Assembly: GCA_904397835.1 (NCBI GenBank)
Contig: CAJFOV010000045.1
Span: 4,078 to 68,077 of the forward strand
Direction: 5' to 3'
DNA from: Candidatus Aristotella avistercoris
GTDB taxonomy: Bacteria; Bacillota; Clostridia; Oscillospirales; Ruminococcaceae
Length of the DNA: 64,000 bases
The notes under the pieces are model-generated. The model worked only from the letters and a program-made list of their open reading frames with translations. It was not told where the DNA came from and searched no databases. Numbering within the stretch: position 1 is the stretch's first letter; every line of letters starts with the position of its first letter. Both the position numbers and the translations under genes were made by a program. This document shows, one piece after another, positions 46,904 to 55,367 of the stretch.

Positions 46904-48184
46904 ATGGCACAAAAGCTGAGAGCTGTTCACTATATCAACCAATTCTTTGCCCAACTGGGGGGCGAGGACTCCGCCAGTGTGGGCATCCAGGTCCGGCAGG
47001 GCCCCGTGGGCCCCGGCCTGGGGCTGCAGAAGGCCCTGGGGGACCGGGCGGAGATTGTGGCCACCATCATCTGCGGCGACAACTACATCGCAGAAAAGCT
47101 GGATGAGGTGGTGCCCCAGGTGCTGCAGGAGATCAAAAGCTGCGCCCCGGACCTGTTCTTTGCCGGGCCCGCCTTCAACGCCGGACGGTACGGGGTGGCC
47201 TGCGGGGCCCTGTGCGCGGCGGTCAAAAAGGAGCTGGGCATTCCGGCGGTGACGGCCATGTATCAGGAGAACCCGGGGGTGGAGCTCTACCGCTCGGATC
47301 TGTTTATCCTCAAGGCGGGGGACAACGCCCGTACCATGGCTCAGGAGACCCAAAAGATGGCCGATTTTGCCTTCAAGCTGCGGGAGAACCAGGTTCAGGG
47401 CTTCCCCGAGGAGGAGGGCTTCTATGAGCGGGGCTGGATGAAGCTGACCCGTTCGGATAAATTGGCCAGCCAGCGGGGGGTGGATATGCTGTTGGCAAAG
47501 CTCCAACACCGGCCCTTCCAGACGGAGATCCCCCTGCCCCACAGGGACGAGGTGCCAAGACCCGCCCCGGTGAAGGATCTGCGCCACACCACTGTCGCCT
47601 TTGCCACCGACGGCGGCCTGTACCCTGCGGGGAACCCGGATAAGATGCCCCCGGCCAACTCCACCACCTTCCACGCCTACTCCATGGATGGCCAGGACAC
47701 CCTGAAGAAGGAGGACTACACCATCATCCACAATGGGTTTGATAAGACCTTCCTCCTGCAGGACCCCAACCGGATTGTGCCCCTGGACGCCATGCGCACC
47801 CTGGAGAAGGAGGGCAAGGTGCGCATGTACCCGGAGTTCCTCTCCACCACAGGCCTGACCACCAATGTGGTCAACAGCCAGAAGATCGGCAAGAGCATGG
47901 CCCAGTACTGCCGGGAACACAATATTGACGCTGTTGTCCTCACCTCCACCTGAGGCACCAGCACGCGCTGCGGTGCAGTGATTGTCAAAGAGTTGGAGCG
48001 GGCTGGGATTCCCACCGTCCAGTACTGCAACATGACCCCGGTGGCCGAGTCCATCGGCGTCAACCGGATCTGTCCCTCCACCAGCATCAAATACCCCTTT
48101 GGCGCCCCGGACCTCCCCCCGGAGGAGGAGAAGGCCGCCCGGGTCAAAATGTTGGAGAGGGCCCTGGATTGCCTGACCGAGTAG
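46904..48184 (+). CDS. GrdB/GrdF/GrdH-family selenoprotein B homologue (UGA-Sec at codon 350)
   Basis: Track ORFs 46904..47953 and 47978..48184 share one frame and are separated only by TGA 47951-47953. Read-through gives ...AVVLTST-U-GTSTRCGAVIVKELERAGIP..., matching the Sec site of GrdB. N-terminus MAQKLRAVHYINQFFAQLGGED and AGPAFNAGRYGVACG are family-typical. Confidence 0.8.
47955..47976 (+). promoter_or_regulatory. Candidate SECIS-like hairpin downstream of the UGA
   Basis: GCACC/GGTGC (5 bp) plus AGC/GCT (3 bp) separated by a 2-nt bulge, loop ACGC. Starts 2 nt after the UGA. The geometry has not been checked against a SECIS model. Confidence 0.3.
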
Positions 48185-48242
48185 TCCCCAGGATAGAGCG
48201 CCAGGTGATTGGCCACATCTACAATCGGATCTGACAGAACAA

Positions 48243-48276
48243 AGGTCCCCCGCCGGATCATACCGGCGGGGGACCT
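48243..48276. other. 14-bp GC-rich hairpin between convergent genes
   Basis: AGGTCCCCCGCCGG-ATCATA-CCGGCGGGGGACCT. There is no clear U tract on either strand. Confidence 0.6.
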
Positions 48277-48299
48277 GATGTATCTCAATGGATTGGTAC

Positions 48300-48743
48300 C
48301 TACCCCTCCTGATGGACCAGCACCAGCTGGTCGTCGGTGGTGGCGTTCTGATAGGTGATGGTGTTCTTCTCCGGGTCATAGGTGCCCACGGTGTCCTGGC
48401 CGTTGACGGTCATGGTCAGCTGCTCCCCCTCCAGGGTATAGGTGCCCTCCACGGTCATCCCCATCATGGCGGCGGTCATTTTGCCGTCGCCCTCAAAGGT
48501 GTAGGTGATGTTGGTCAGGCTCTTGAGGGACTCATACTCCTCGCTGCCCTCCAGGAGGCCGGTGCGCTCTAACCCCTCCTTGATATAGTCGTCATAGGAC
48601 TGCTCGCTTCCATCCCCGGCAATGACCGTGCCAGGGACATAGGTGCCGCCCAGGGTGTTCTTCTTCTCCCCGCAGCCGGTGAGGGCCAGCAGCAGGGCGG
48701 CAAGGGTCAGGGTGAGGGCAAAAACTTTGGTCCATCTCTTCAT
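48300..48743 (-). CDS. Lipoprotein (paralogue A)
   Basis: MKRWTKVFALTLTLAALLLALTGC lipobox. Paralogous to 49763..50209 (shared TLGG.Y.PG, EQSY..Y, EGTYTL.G, TYDPE.NT). Confidence 0.7.
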   Translation of the reverse strand: MKRWTKVFALTLTLAALLLALTGCGEKKNTLGGTYVPGTVIAGDGSEQSYDDYIKEGLERTGLLEGSEEYESLKSLTNITYTFEGDGKMTAAMMGMTVEGTYTLEGEQLTMTVNGQDTVGTYDPEKNTITYQNATTDDQLVLVHQEG

Positions 48744-49034
48744 ATTCTTCTTCCACCTTTCCAATTGTTGGACCCCACGCCCCAGCCACGGGGGCGGGCG
48801 GTGCCGATGGTTTCAGTGTACCACAGACCGGAAAGATCTGGCAATAGGTCCGCTGTTGCAGCTTTGGACTTCATCCCTGGATTTCCCACCCCTAAAACTT
48901 GGGTAAATTCAAAAAAATAGAATATTGCACCAAAAAACATAGATTTTACAAATTTTAATCCAACTGCTAGAATAGAAGGGGGAAGTGGCATCTCCCATCC
49001 CCAAAAAGGTTTGAAGAAGAAAGAAGGGATTCCG

Positions 49035-49607
49035 TTGATTTGCAACATGTGTGGAGCCAGCTACGAGGATAGTCTGCCCCAATGCCCCTACTGTGGCGCT
49101 CCCCAGGGGCAGACTGCGGAGCACACCGTCCCCGTGCCGGAGGAGGGGGCAGCTAGCCTAAATGCAGAAGCTGCAGTTGACCTGCCCAGAACAGGGCGGC
49201 CCACCTCCAAACGGATGGTCCTTATTGCTGCGGCTGTGGGGCTGGTCATTGTGGCACTGCTGGCGGTTCTGTTGGTGGTCTGGCCCAACATGACCCAGAA
49301 GCGATTTCATGAGGAACTTCAGGGCACCTGGGCCATCCAGCTGGGCTATTCTGACGAGCCCTATGGCGCCAAGATGGTCATTGCTGAGGAGGAGATGGAT
49401 CTGGTCTTCTATGCCGGCACCGTTGAGTTGCCGGTGGGCACCATCTCCTATGAAGTGGTGAAGGATGGCGTCATCCGTTTCCCTGAGGCCAAAACCGAGG
49501 AGCCGCCGGAGTTCCAGGTGGAGATCCGTGACCAAAGGGGAACCATGCGCATTTCCCCCGCCCCCTTTGGCGACGGAACCGACGGCGACTGGTACCGGGA
49601 GGAGTGA
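49035..49607 (+). CDS. Zinc-ribbon, single-pass membrane protein
   Basis: N-terminal CNMCG...CPYCG ribbon, TM helix MVLIAAAVGLVIVALLAVLLVVW, and an extracytoplasmic domain. Start uncertain: track TTG 49011, TTG 49035 with an AAGAAGGGA RBS, or ATG 49047. Confidence 0.6.
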   Translation: MICNMCGASYEDSLPQCPYCGAPQGQTAEHTVPVPEEGAASLNAEAAVDLPRTGRPTSKRMVLIAAAVGLVIVALLAVLLVVWPNMTQKRFHEELQGTWAIQLGYSDEPYGAKMVIAEEEMDLVFYAGTVELPVGTISYEVVKDGVIRFPEAKTEEPPEFQVEIRDQRGTMRISPAPFGDGTDGDWYREE

Positions 49608-49653
49608 TCCCCCTTCCGGCGGCCGCTGCCTGCCAGTGCAGCAAAAGAGGACA

Positions 49654-49700
49654 TGCCAAAGGCGCGCCCGGTGGGACGCGCCTTTGGCACATTTTTTTCT
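49654..49700 (+). terminator. Rho-independent terminator of the zinc-ribbon gene
   Basis: 13-bp stem TGCCAAAGGCGCG/CGCGCCTTTGGCA followed by CATTTTTTTC. Confidence 0.8.
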
Positions 49701-49762
49701 TCAAACCCAAGTGGGTGGTGGCAACATTGCATGGCCGAAGGGGTCTGGCAGAATCCGTTCCC

Positions 49763-50209
49763 CTACTGGCTGGCGGAGGTGTCTGCCTCCGGCTCAAGGA
49801 TCCACACATCCCCGTCCGACTCTGTGAAGGTCAGGGTGTTGTTCTCCGGGTCATAGGTGGCGCTGGTCTCCTCGCCGCCCATGGTGATGGTCACAGTGTT
49901 TCCATCCAATGTGTAGGTGCCCTCCGACTGGGCGGCAACTGTGGTCTGCACCACAACGCCGTTCTCTTGAAAGTCGTAGCTGTAGTAGTACATGGCCCGC
50001 AGGGACTCATAGAAGGGGTTGTCCCGGATATCGGCGGTGGCCTCGTCCACATACTCCTCATAGGACTGCTCCTGACTGCCGCTGGGGATGATCCGTCCCG
50101 GGCTGTAGACGCCGCCAAGGGTGTACTTCTCTCCGCCGCAGGCCGCCAAAGAGAGCGCCAAGAGCACCGCCGTCAGGCGGAGGGCCAGGCGCTTGCATGT
50201 CTGTTTCAT
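49763..50209 (-). CDS. Lipoprotein (paralogue B)
   Basis: MKQTCKRLALRLTAVLLALSLAAC lipobox. The leader and RBS region is also similar to that of paralogue A. Confidence 0.7.
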   Translation of the reverse strand: MKQTCKRLALRLTAVLLALSLAACGGEKYTLGGVYSPGRIIPSGSQEQSYEEYVDEATADIRDNPFYESLRAMYYYSYDFQENGVVVQTTVAAQSEGTYTLDGNTVTITMGGEETSATYDPENNTLTFTESDGDVWILEPEADTSASQ

Positions 50210-50421
50210 GTTCTTCTTCCACCCTTCTGCAATGGCTTGTTTGATTTTCAGTATAAAATAAACTATTCTGGAATTCATTGTAACATCATTGAGCCGCCTG
50301 GCGTAGAAAGTGGAGTTATCTCCTGGAGAGAATTGGAGGAATGCAGAAAGAAAGCCGCCCGCCTTTGGACACTTTGCCAAGGGCGGGCGGCCACAGACTG
50401 TGCTATGATCTCCTGAGAGGG

Positions 50422-50994
50422 CTATAGCCCCAGGGTATGTTCCAAAAAGATCTTCAGGCCGATCAAGATCAGAACCAGGCCCCCAAAGATCTCCGCCTTT
50501 TGGCTGAAGAGGGTCCCCACCTTTTTGCCCAAAAAGACCCCCACCAGGCAGCAGAGGAAGGTCACCACCGCAATAAACCCGGCGGCCTGCAGGATGTTGA
50601 CCCGCATCACTGCAAAGCTGACCCCCACGGCCAGGGCGTCAATGCTGGTGGCCAGGGCCTGGGTGAGCATCAATCGCACGGTGAAGGTCCTGCAGACGGG
50701 CTCTGTGGAGGGGTGGCGCAGCTCATGGACCGATTCCACCACCATCTTTCCCCCGATGAAGCCCAGCAGGATCAGAGCCACCCAGTGGTCAATGCTGGAG
50801 ATGGCATCGCTAAAGGTGCGCCCGGCAAAGTATCCGATGAGAGGCATGAGCCCCTGAAACAGGCCAAAGAACAGGGCCGAAAGGGCGCCGTACCGCACGG
50901 CGTCCTTGCGGTAATAGATGCCGTTGGTGATGGATACGGCAAAGGCATCCATGGAGAGCCCGACGGCAATGGCAAAGAGGGTGAAAAATTCCAT
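50422..50994 (-). CDS. mntP: Manganese efflux pump MntP
   Basis: 190 aa. MEFFTLFAIAVGLSMDAFAVS and a second DALAVG half-repeat (DUF204 architecture). Confidence 0.88.
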   Translation of the reverse strand: MEFFTLFAIAVGLSMDAFAVSITNGIYYRKDAVRYGALSALFFGLFQGLMPLIGYFAGRTFSDAISSIDHWVALILLGFIGGKMVVESVHELRHPSTEPVCRTFTVRLMLTQALATSIDALAVGVSFAVMRVNILQAAGFIAVVTFLCCLVGVFLGKKVGTLFSQKAEIFGGLVLILIGLKIFLEHTLGL

Positions 50995-51091
50995 TGGGTT
51001 TCAAAAACTCCCTTCCGTGGTGAACTGACAACATAGGACGAATGCCCTACATCATATCCTGGGATTCGGGCCAATATCACCGGCCCAGGGG

Positions 51092-51120
51092 CAAAAAAGA
51101 GGGACACGGTTCCGTGTCCC
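51092..51120 (-). terminator. Rho-independent terminator of the DUF1847 gene
   Basis: On the minus strand, GGGACACG-GAAC-CGTGTCCC followed by TCTTTTTT. Lies 12 nt after the stop. Confidence 0.75.
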
Positions 51121-51131
51121 AAACTGGGTGC

Positions 51132-51761
51132 TTATTTTTGGTTGGGGAACAGCTTCTTCTGGTAGTAGGACTGGGCGGTGTAGACCGCCGCCAGGGGGTT
51201 GTGGCCCAACACCCGGTCCTTGACCGCCAGGACGGTGACGGGGGCCTTGGTGTTCTGCAGGAAGATGGTGTCGTGTCCCACACACAGGCCCAGTACCACA
51301 TTGAGCTGGGTGCCTGCTTTGGCCAGGAACATGGCCTGCCCAGCGGGGTTGCACATGGCCTCAAAGGTGCCGTCGGGCTCCATGCCAGGGATCCCCACAT
51401 CCGCCTTGTTGACGGAGGAACACTTGCAGCAGACGGTATGCACCGTCAAGCCCTGCTCCCGGAAGTACCGGGCCACCACCTTGCACTCGTTCTGCAGGCC
51501 GGTGCAGAAGGCGATACCGATGGTCTCATAGCCCATTTTTTTGCAGAAGAGGGCGATCTCCTGGATACGGGTCAGCTGGCAGTAGCCCTCCTTCTCCACT
51601 TCGGCGGCCTTTTGGGCGATGGCAAAGGTCTCAGGCTCCTTGGTCTTGGCAATGGCTTGGGCGGTGGTCTCCTGGTCCCGGCAGGGGCAGTTGGCAGGGT
51701 AGGGGGTGGCCCCATGGTTGGTGCAGGATTTGACCGCACATTCGCTGCAGGTATACATCAT
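51132..51761 (-). CDS. DUF1847-like Cys-rich metal-binding protein
   Basis: MMYTCSECAVKSC...NCPC...CCKC Cys pattern and size match my memory of DUF1847. GGAGAGGAG RBS. Confidence 0.6.
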   Translation of the reverse strand: MMYTCSECAVKSCTNHGATPYPANCPCRDQETTAQAIAKTKEPETFAIAQKAAEVEKEGYCQLTRIQEIALFCKKMGYETIGIAFCTGLQNECKVVARYFREQGLTVHTVCCKCSSVNKADVGIPGMEPDGTFEAMCNPAGQAMFLAKAGTQLNVVLGLCVGHDTIFLQNTKAPVTVLAVKDRVLGHNPLAAVYTAQSYYQKKLFPNQK

Positions 51762-51989
51762 CACAACAAGCTCCTCTCCAAAAGAAATGCCAGAAGGTCG
51801 CGGGGAGATTCTGGCAGATGGCGGGGCAGCAGAGCCCCGGATTCGACACAAGATTCAATTTCCATCTTATCGCAGGGCCAGGCGTTTGTCAAATCCAAAT
51901 TGACCGTTTGGTACCACAAAATGCGGCTGGCCCTTTTCCAGCAGATTGCAGCCCCCTGGGAGATCCCCAGAGCGGCCTTTGATGCGCTC

Positions 51990-52518
51990 CTATTCTGCAA
52001 AACCGTTGGCCTGGTACCAGGCCAGGGCGCGCTGCTCCAGGGCTTTGACAAAGGCGTCCTTCCCATCGCAGTAGCCCTCAATGTCCAAAGGGTATTGGGC
52101 GGCCAATGCTACCTTGAGGGCCCCGTAGTCCTGGCAGTCCTGGGGATGGGTGCGCAGGTAGTCCCGCACCGCCAGGTGGCGCTGGATGTCGTGGCGGTTG
52201 TCCTGCTGAAAGATGTGGATCTGATGGGTGCGGTGATCCCCGCCCTTGCGCAGGTAACGCCTCCCCGGGAGGCCAAACTCCCCCAGATATTCATATCCCA
52301 GGGCCTCAAAGGCCCCCTGCTGCGCATCCGCCCGAGCCAGATCGGTCACCACCGGCAGAATGTCAATGATGGGCTTGGCCGAAAGGCCTGGCACGCTGGT
52401 ACTGCCAATGTGGTGGATGGCAACCAATGCATCCCCCAGAACCTGCCGGATGGCTTCGGCCTCCTGTGCATACGCCTCTGGCCAACGGCTGTCATAGGGC
52501 ACCACTGTCACATACATT
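51990..52518 (-). CDS. GrpB family protein
   Basis: VVPYDSRWPEAYAQEAEAIRQVLGDALVAIHHIGSTSVPGLSAKPIIDI is GrpB-typical. AGGAGG lies 8 nt before ATG 52518. The track ORF is over-extended upstream. Confidence 0.85.
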
Positions 52519-52774
52519 GGACATGCCTCCTTTGATGTGGGCGCTTCCGGCCCGGTTTGACAGGGGAGCCACAGAGTCCCCTGTGGCCGCAGGATCCAGG
52601 CATCCCCTCCAATTGCCCTTATTCTACCAAAACCGGCGTGAAAAGTCACGGCCAAAGAGAAAATACATGCCTCCTGAGGGGGCAAAGGGTCTATCGACGG
52701 TTTTCCCCTTGCTTGCCAAGGGGGCCGCGCTATGATACAGTGGTAGACAAGCCATTGTTGCACTGACAGAAAGG

Positions 52775-53884
52775 ATGATACCATTGCGCCGTGTGATCGC
52801 TCTCTTGTTTGCACTGCTTCTCCTGTGCCCCATGGCCTCCTGCGGGGAGGACCCTATGGATCAGGTGCAAGATACCTTTACCGCCAAGGTCACAGATGTG
52901 GTGAACGCCACCACCCTCACTGGGGAGTACCAGGATCAATCCCTGACCCTGCGGCTCATCGGGGTAGCAGCCCCGCCGGAACAGTATGAGGAATCGGTGG
53001 TGGCGGTCCACCGGGAGTATCTGGTGGACCGGTCCTTCACCTTCCAGCTGGACACCCAGCGCCAGGATGAGGAGGGGGCCTACTGGGTCTATCTCTGGTA
53101 CAACGACAGCACCACCTACAACGCCATGCTTTTACAGAGCGGCCTGTGCCCGCTGGGGGATCTGAGCCAGAACACCGCCCTGGCCCAGGCGTTGACAGAG
53201 GATAACCAGTACGCCCAGGAGCACTTTGTGGGCATCTATCTGGACAACTTTGATCCGGAGAACTACACCTATGACCAGGGGACCTATGACCAGATCCTCC
53301 AGACCATGCGCCCCCAGCCCCTGCCGGAGGACGCTCTGACGGCGGTGATGCACACCTCCATGGGGGATATGACCTTCCTGCTCTTTCCACAGCAGGCCCC
53401 CAAGGCGGTGGAAAATTTTGTGACCCACGCCCGGGAGGGGTACTATGACGGGGTGACCTTCCACCGGGTCATCCAGGACTTTATGATCCAGGGCGGGAAC
53501 CCCGGCGACGGCGGGGAGAGCATCTGGGGGGAGCCCTTTGAAAATGAGATCAGCCAGGATCTGTGCAACCTGCGGGGGGCCCTGAGCATGGCCAATGCCG
53601 GGCCGGACACCAATGGCAGCCAGTTCTTTGTGGTTCAGGCCCCGCCCCTCACCCAGGAGGAGGTGATCCAGATGGTCCAGGGGGGATATGACCTGGCCAA
53701 GGTCAAGCTCTATGAGGACTATGGCGGCGCCTTCTGGCTGGATGGGGATTACACCGTCTTTGGCACACTGCTGGAAGGGTTTGATGTGCTGGACGCCATT
53801 GCCGCCGTGGAGACCGACGATGGGGATGAACCTCTGGAGGATGTGGTGATCCAGTCCATCGACATCCAGGGAGATCTGCCATAA
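52775..53884 (+). CDS. Lipoprotein with SNase/OB-like N-terminal domain fused to cyclophilin-type peptidyl-prolyl isomerase
   Basis: Lipobox LLLLCPMASCG. N-terminal domain with LRLIGVAAPPE (compare the thermonuclease LIGVDTPE motif). C-terminal cyclophilin motifs FHRVIQDFMIQGG, GALSMANAGPDTNGSQFF and YTVFG. The start may be TTG 52784. Confidence 0.8.
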   Translation: MIPLRRVIALLFALLLLCPMASCGEDPMDQVQDTFTAKVTDVVNATTLTGEYQDQSLTLRLIGVAAPPEQYEESVVAVHREYLVDRSFTFQLDTQRQDEEGAYWVYLWYNDSTTYNAMLLQSGLCPLGDLSQNTALAQALTEDNQYAQEHFVGIYLDNFDPENYTYDQGTYDQILQTMRPQPLPEDALTAVMHTSMGDMTFLLFPQQAPKAVENFVTHAREGYYDGVTFHRVIQDFMIQGGNPGDGGESIWGEPFENEISQDLCNLRGALSMANAGPDTNGSQFFVVQAPPLTQEEVIQMVQGGYDLAKVKLYEDYGGAFWLDGDYTVFGTLLEGFDVLDAIAAVETDDGDEPLEDVVIQSIDIQGDLP

Positions 53885-53910
53885 TTCCTGCATCAAGTGC
53901 CGTCTTTGCT

Positions 53911-53942
53911 GGAGCCGCCTTGGGGCGGCTCCAATTTTTTTT
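53911..53942 (+). terminator. Rho-independent terminator
   Basis: GGAGCCGCC-TTGG-GGCGGCTCC followed by AATTTTTTTT. Confidence 0.85.
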
Positions 53943-54124
53943 GAAAGATGGGGCGATGTTGATAAAATGATTGATAAGATTATGAAAAAACCATTTGATT
54001 TGTGGAAAAAGGAGAAAAATGCAGGAAAAGTTGCATCATGGGTCTTGCTTTCCCAGGGTGGGGTGGTACAATATCCCCCGAAAAGATAGGCCGTCCCGGG
54101 CGGACGGCTGTGTGCAGGAGGAAC

Positions 54125-55018
54125 ATGATGTCTTGGAACACGCCTCAGGATCCCACGGAACCTCAGAGTAAGCTGCCCTTCTGGCTCAGCTTTTTGCTGC
54201 TCAATCTCTTGGGCAATGGCCTGTATGCCGTGGGTGTCCACTGTTTCACCCAACCCCACAACATTGCCCCCGGCGGCCTGACCGGTGTGGCCACCATCCT
54301 CAACTATCTGGTGGGGCTGCCCATCGGTACGGGAACCTTTTTGATGAACATCCCGCTGTTGATCCTGACCTGGCGGCATCTGGGCAAGCGGTTCGCCGTG
54401 GGTACCACCTTGTCCATCGCCATATCCTCCCTGATGATCGATTTGGCGGTGACCCCGCTGCCCCAGTACCAGGGGGATCCCCTGTTGGCGGCCCTCTTTG
54501 GCGGGGCCTGCATGGGGACGGGCCTTGCCTTCATCGACCGGAGCGAATCTACCACCGGCGGCACCACCATCATCGGATATCTGATCCAAAAGCGCTACCC
54601 CCAGTTCCCCATTGGCCAGCTGCTGATGTATGCAAACCTGGTGGTGGTGGGCCTTTCGGTCCTCACCTTCCACACCATTGAGTCGGCCCTCTATTCGGCC
54701 CTGACCATCTACATCTCCAGCACCTTTATGGACAAGGCCATCTACGGCTTTGAGACCCGGAGCCTGCTGCTGATCATCTCCGAGCGGAATGAGGCCATCT
54801 CCGCCCGCATCCTGCAGGAGATGCACCGGGGCACCACCTTTCTCAACGGCAAGGGGGGATACCACCACCAGGAGAAGGAGATCCTTCTGTGTGTGGTGCG
54901 CCGCACCGAATACTACCGGGCCAAACGGATCGTCCAGGAGGTGGATCCCCGGGCCTTTGTCATCGTCTCTGACGCCAACGACGTCATGGGCAAGGGATTC
55001 CACAGCCTATCCGTCTAA
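54125..55018 (+). CDS. YitT family membrane protein (DUF2179 C-terminal domain)
   Basis: Polytopic N-terminal region with GGTTI, plus a C-terminal DUF2179-like GGYHHQEKEILLCVVRRTEYYRAKRIVQEVDPRAFVIV. Confidence 0.8.
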   Translation: MMSWNTPQDPTEPQSKLPFWLSFLLLNLLGNGLYAVGVHCFTQPHNIAPGGLTGVATILNYLVGLPIGTGTFLMNIPLLILTWRHLGKRFAVGTTLSIAISSLMIDLAVTPLPQYQGDPLLAALFGGACMGTGLAFIDRSESTTGGTTIIGYLIQKRYPQFPIGQLLMYANLVVVGLSVLTFHTIESALYSALTIYISSTFMDKAIYGFETRSLLLIISERNEAISARILQEMHRGTTFLNGKGGYHHQEKEILLCVVRRTEYYRAKRIVQEVDPRAFVIVSDANDVMGKGFHSLSV

Positions 55019-55098
55019 AAGTGGAGATTTTTTGTCGAATTGCCAGTTGACAAATCCCACGGTGGCAGATAGAATAGATTGGTAAATTGAATATTACC

Positions 55099-55196
55099 AC
55101 CTTATCAAGAGTGACGGAGGGAACAGGCCCTGTGAAGTCCAGCAACCTGCCATGTGCAAGGTGCTACATCCTGCGGTGAACCGAGAGATGAGGAAT
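55099..55196 (+). promoter_or_regulatory. SAM-I (S-box) riboswitch aptamer
   Basis: CTTATCAAGAGTGACGGAGGGAACAGGCCCTGTGAAGTCCAGCAACC...GGTGCTACATCC...GAGAGATGAG matches the S-box consensus blocks. P1 pairs CUUAUC with GAUGAG. It lies upstream of metK. Confidence 0.9.
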
Positions 55197-55202
55197 CATA
55201 GC

Positions 55203-55230
55203 GCGCTCCGGTCCCCGGGGCGCCTTTTTT
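55203..55230 (+). terminator. Riboswitch expression-platform terminator
   Basis: GCGCTCCG-GTCCC-CGGGGCGC followed by CTTTTTT, 10 nt after the aptamer. Confidence 0.8.
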
Positions 55231-55367
55231 GTCCGGCAACGGCAAGGAGGACCCGGGATAGCCTGAGGGCGCTGTCATGAAAATCCAGTGGTAATGCGCA
55301 GTTTGAACCTGCGGCCGAGGGTGGTGTATTCCAAACCAACAACCGACCAGATCAAAGGAGGACAAAC

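Noticed and set aside
47978-48184. 68-aa ORF as an independent gene.
   Set aside because: It is in frame with, and contiguous to, the upstream ORF through a single TGA. Together they reconstitute a full-length GrdB-type selenoprotein.
45608-48379. 923-aa minus-strand ORF covering the whole Grd-like pair.
   Set aside because: It is antisense to two genes with clear family motifs. Its sequence is low-complexity and Gly/Pro/Arg/His-rich, which is typical of shadow ORFs in high-GC DNA. It has no RBS.
50995-51091. Expected yybP-ykoY Mn2+ riboswitch upstream of mntP.
   Set aside because: I could not find the conserved GGGGAGUAG or UUGACAUA-type blocks on the minus strand of the 97-nt leader. The hairpin further up (51101..51120) is the terminator of the preceding gene.
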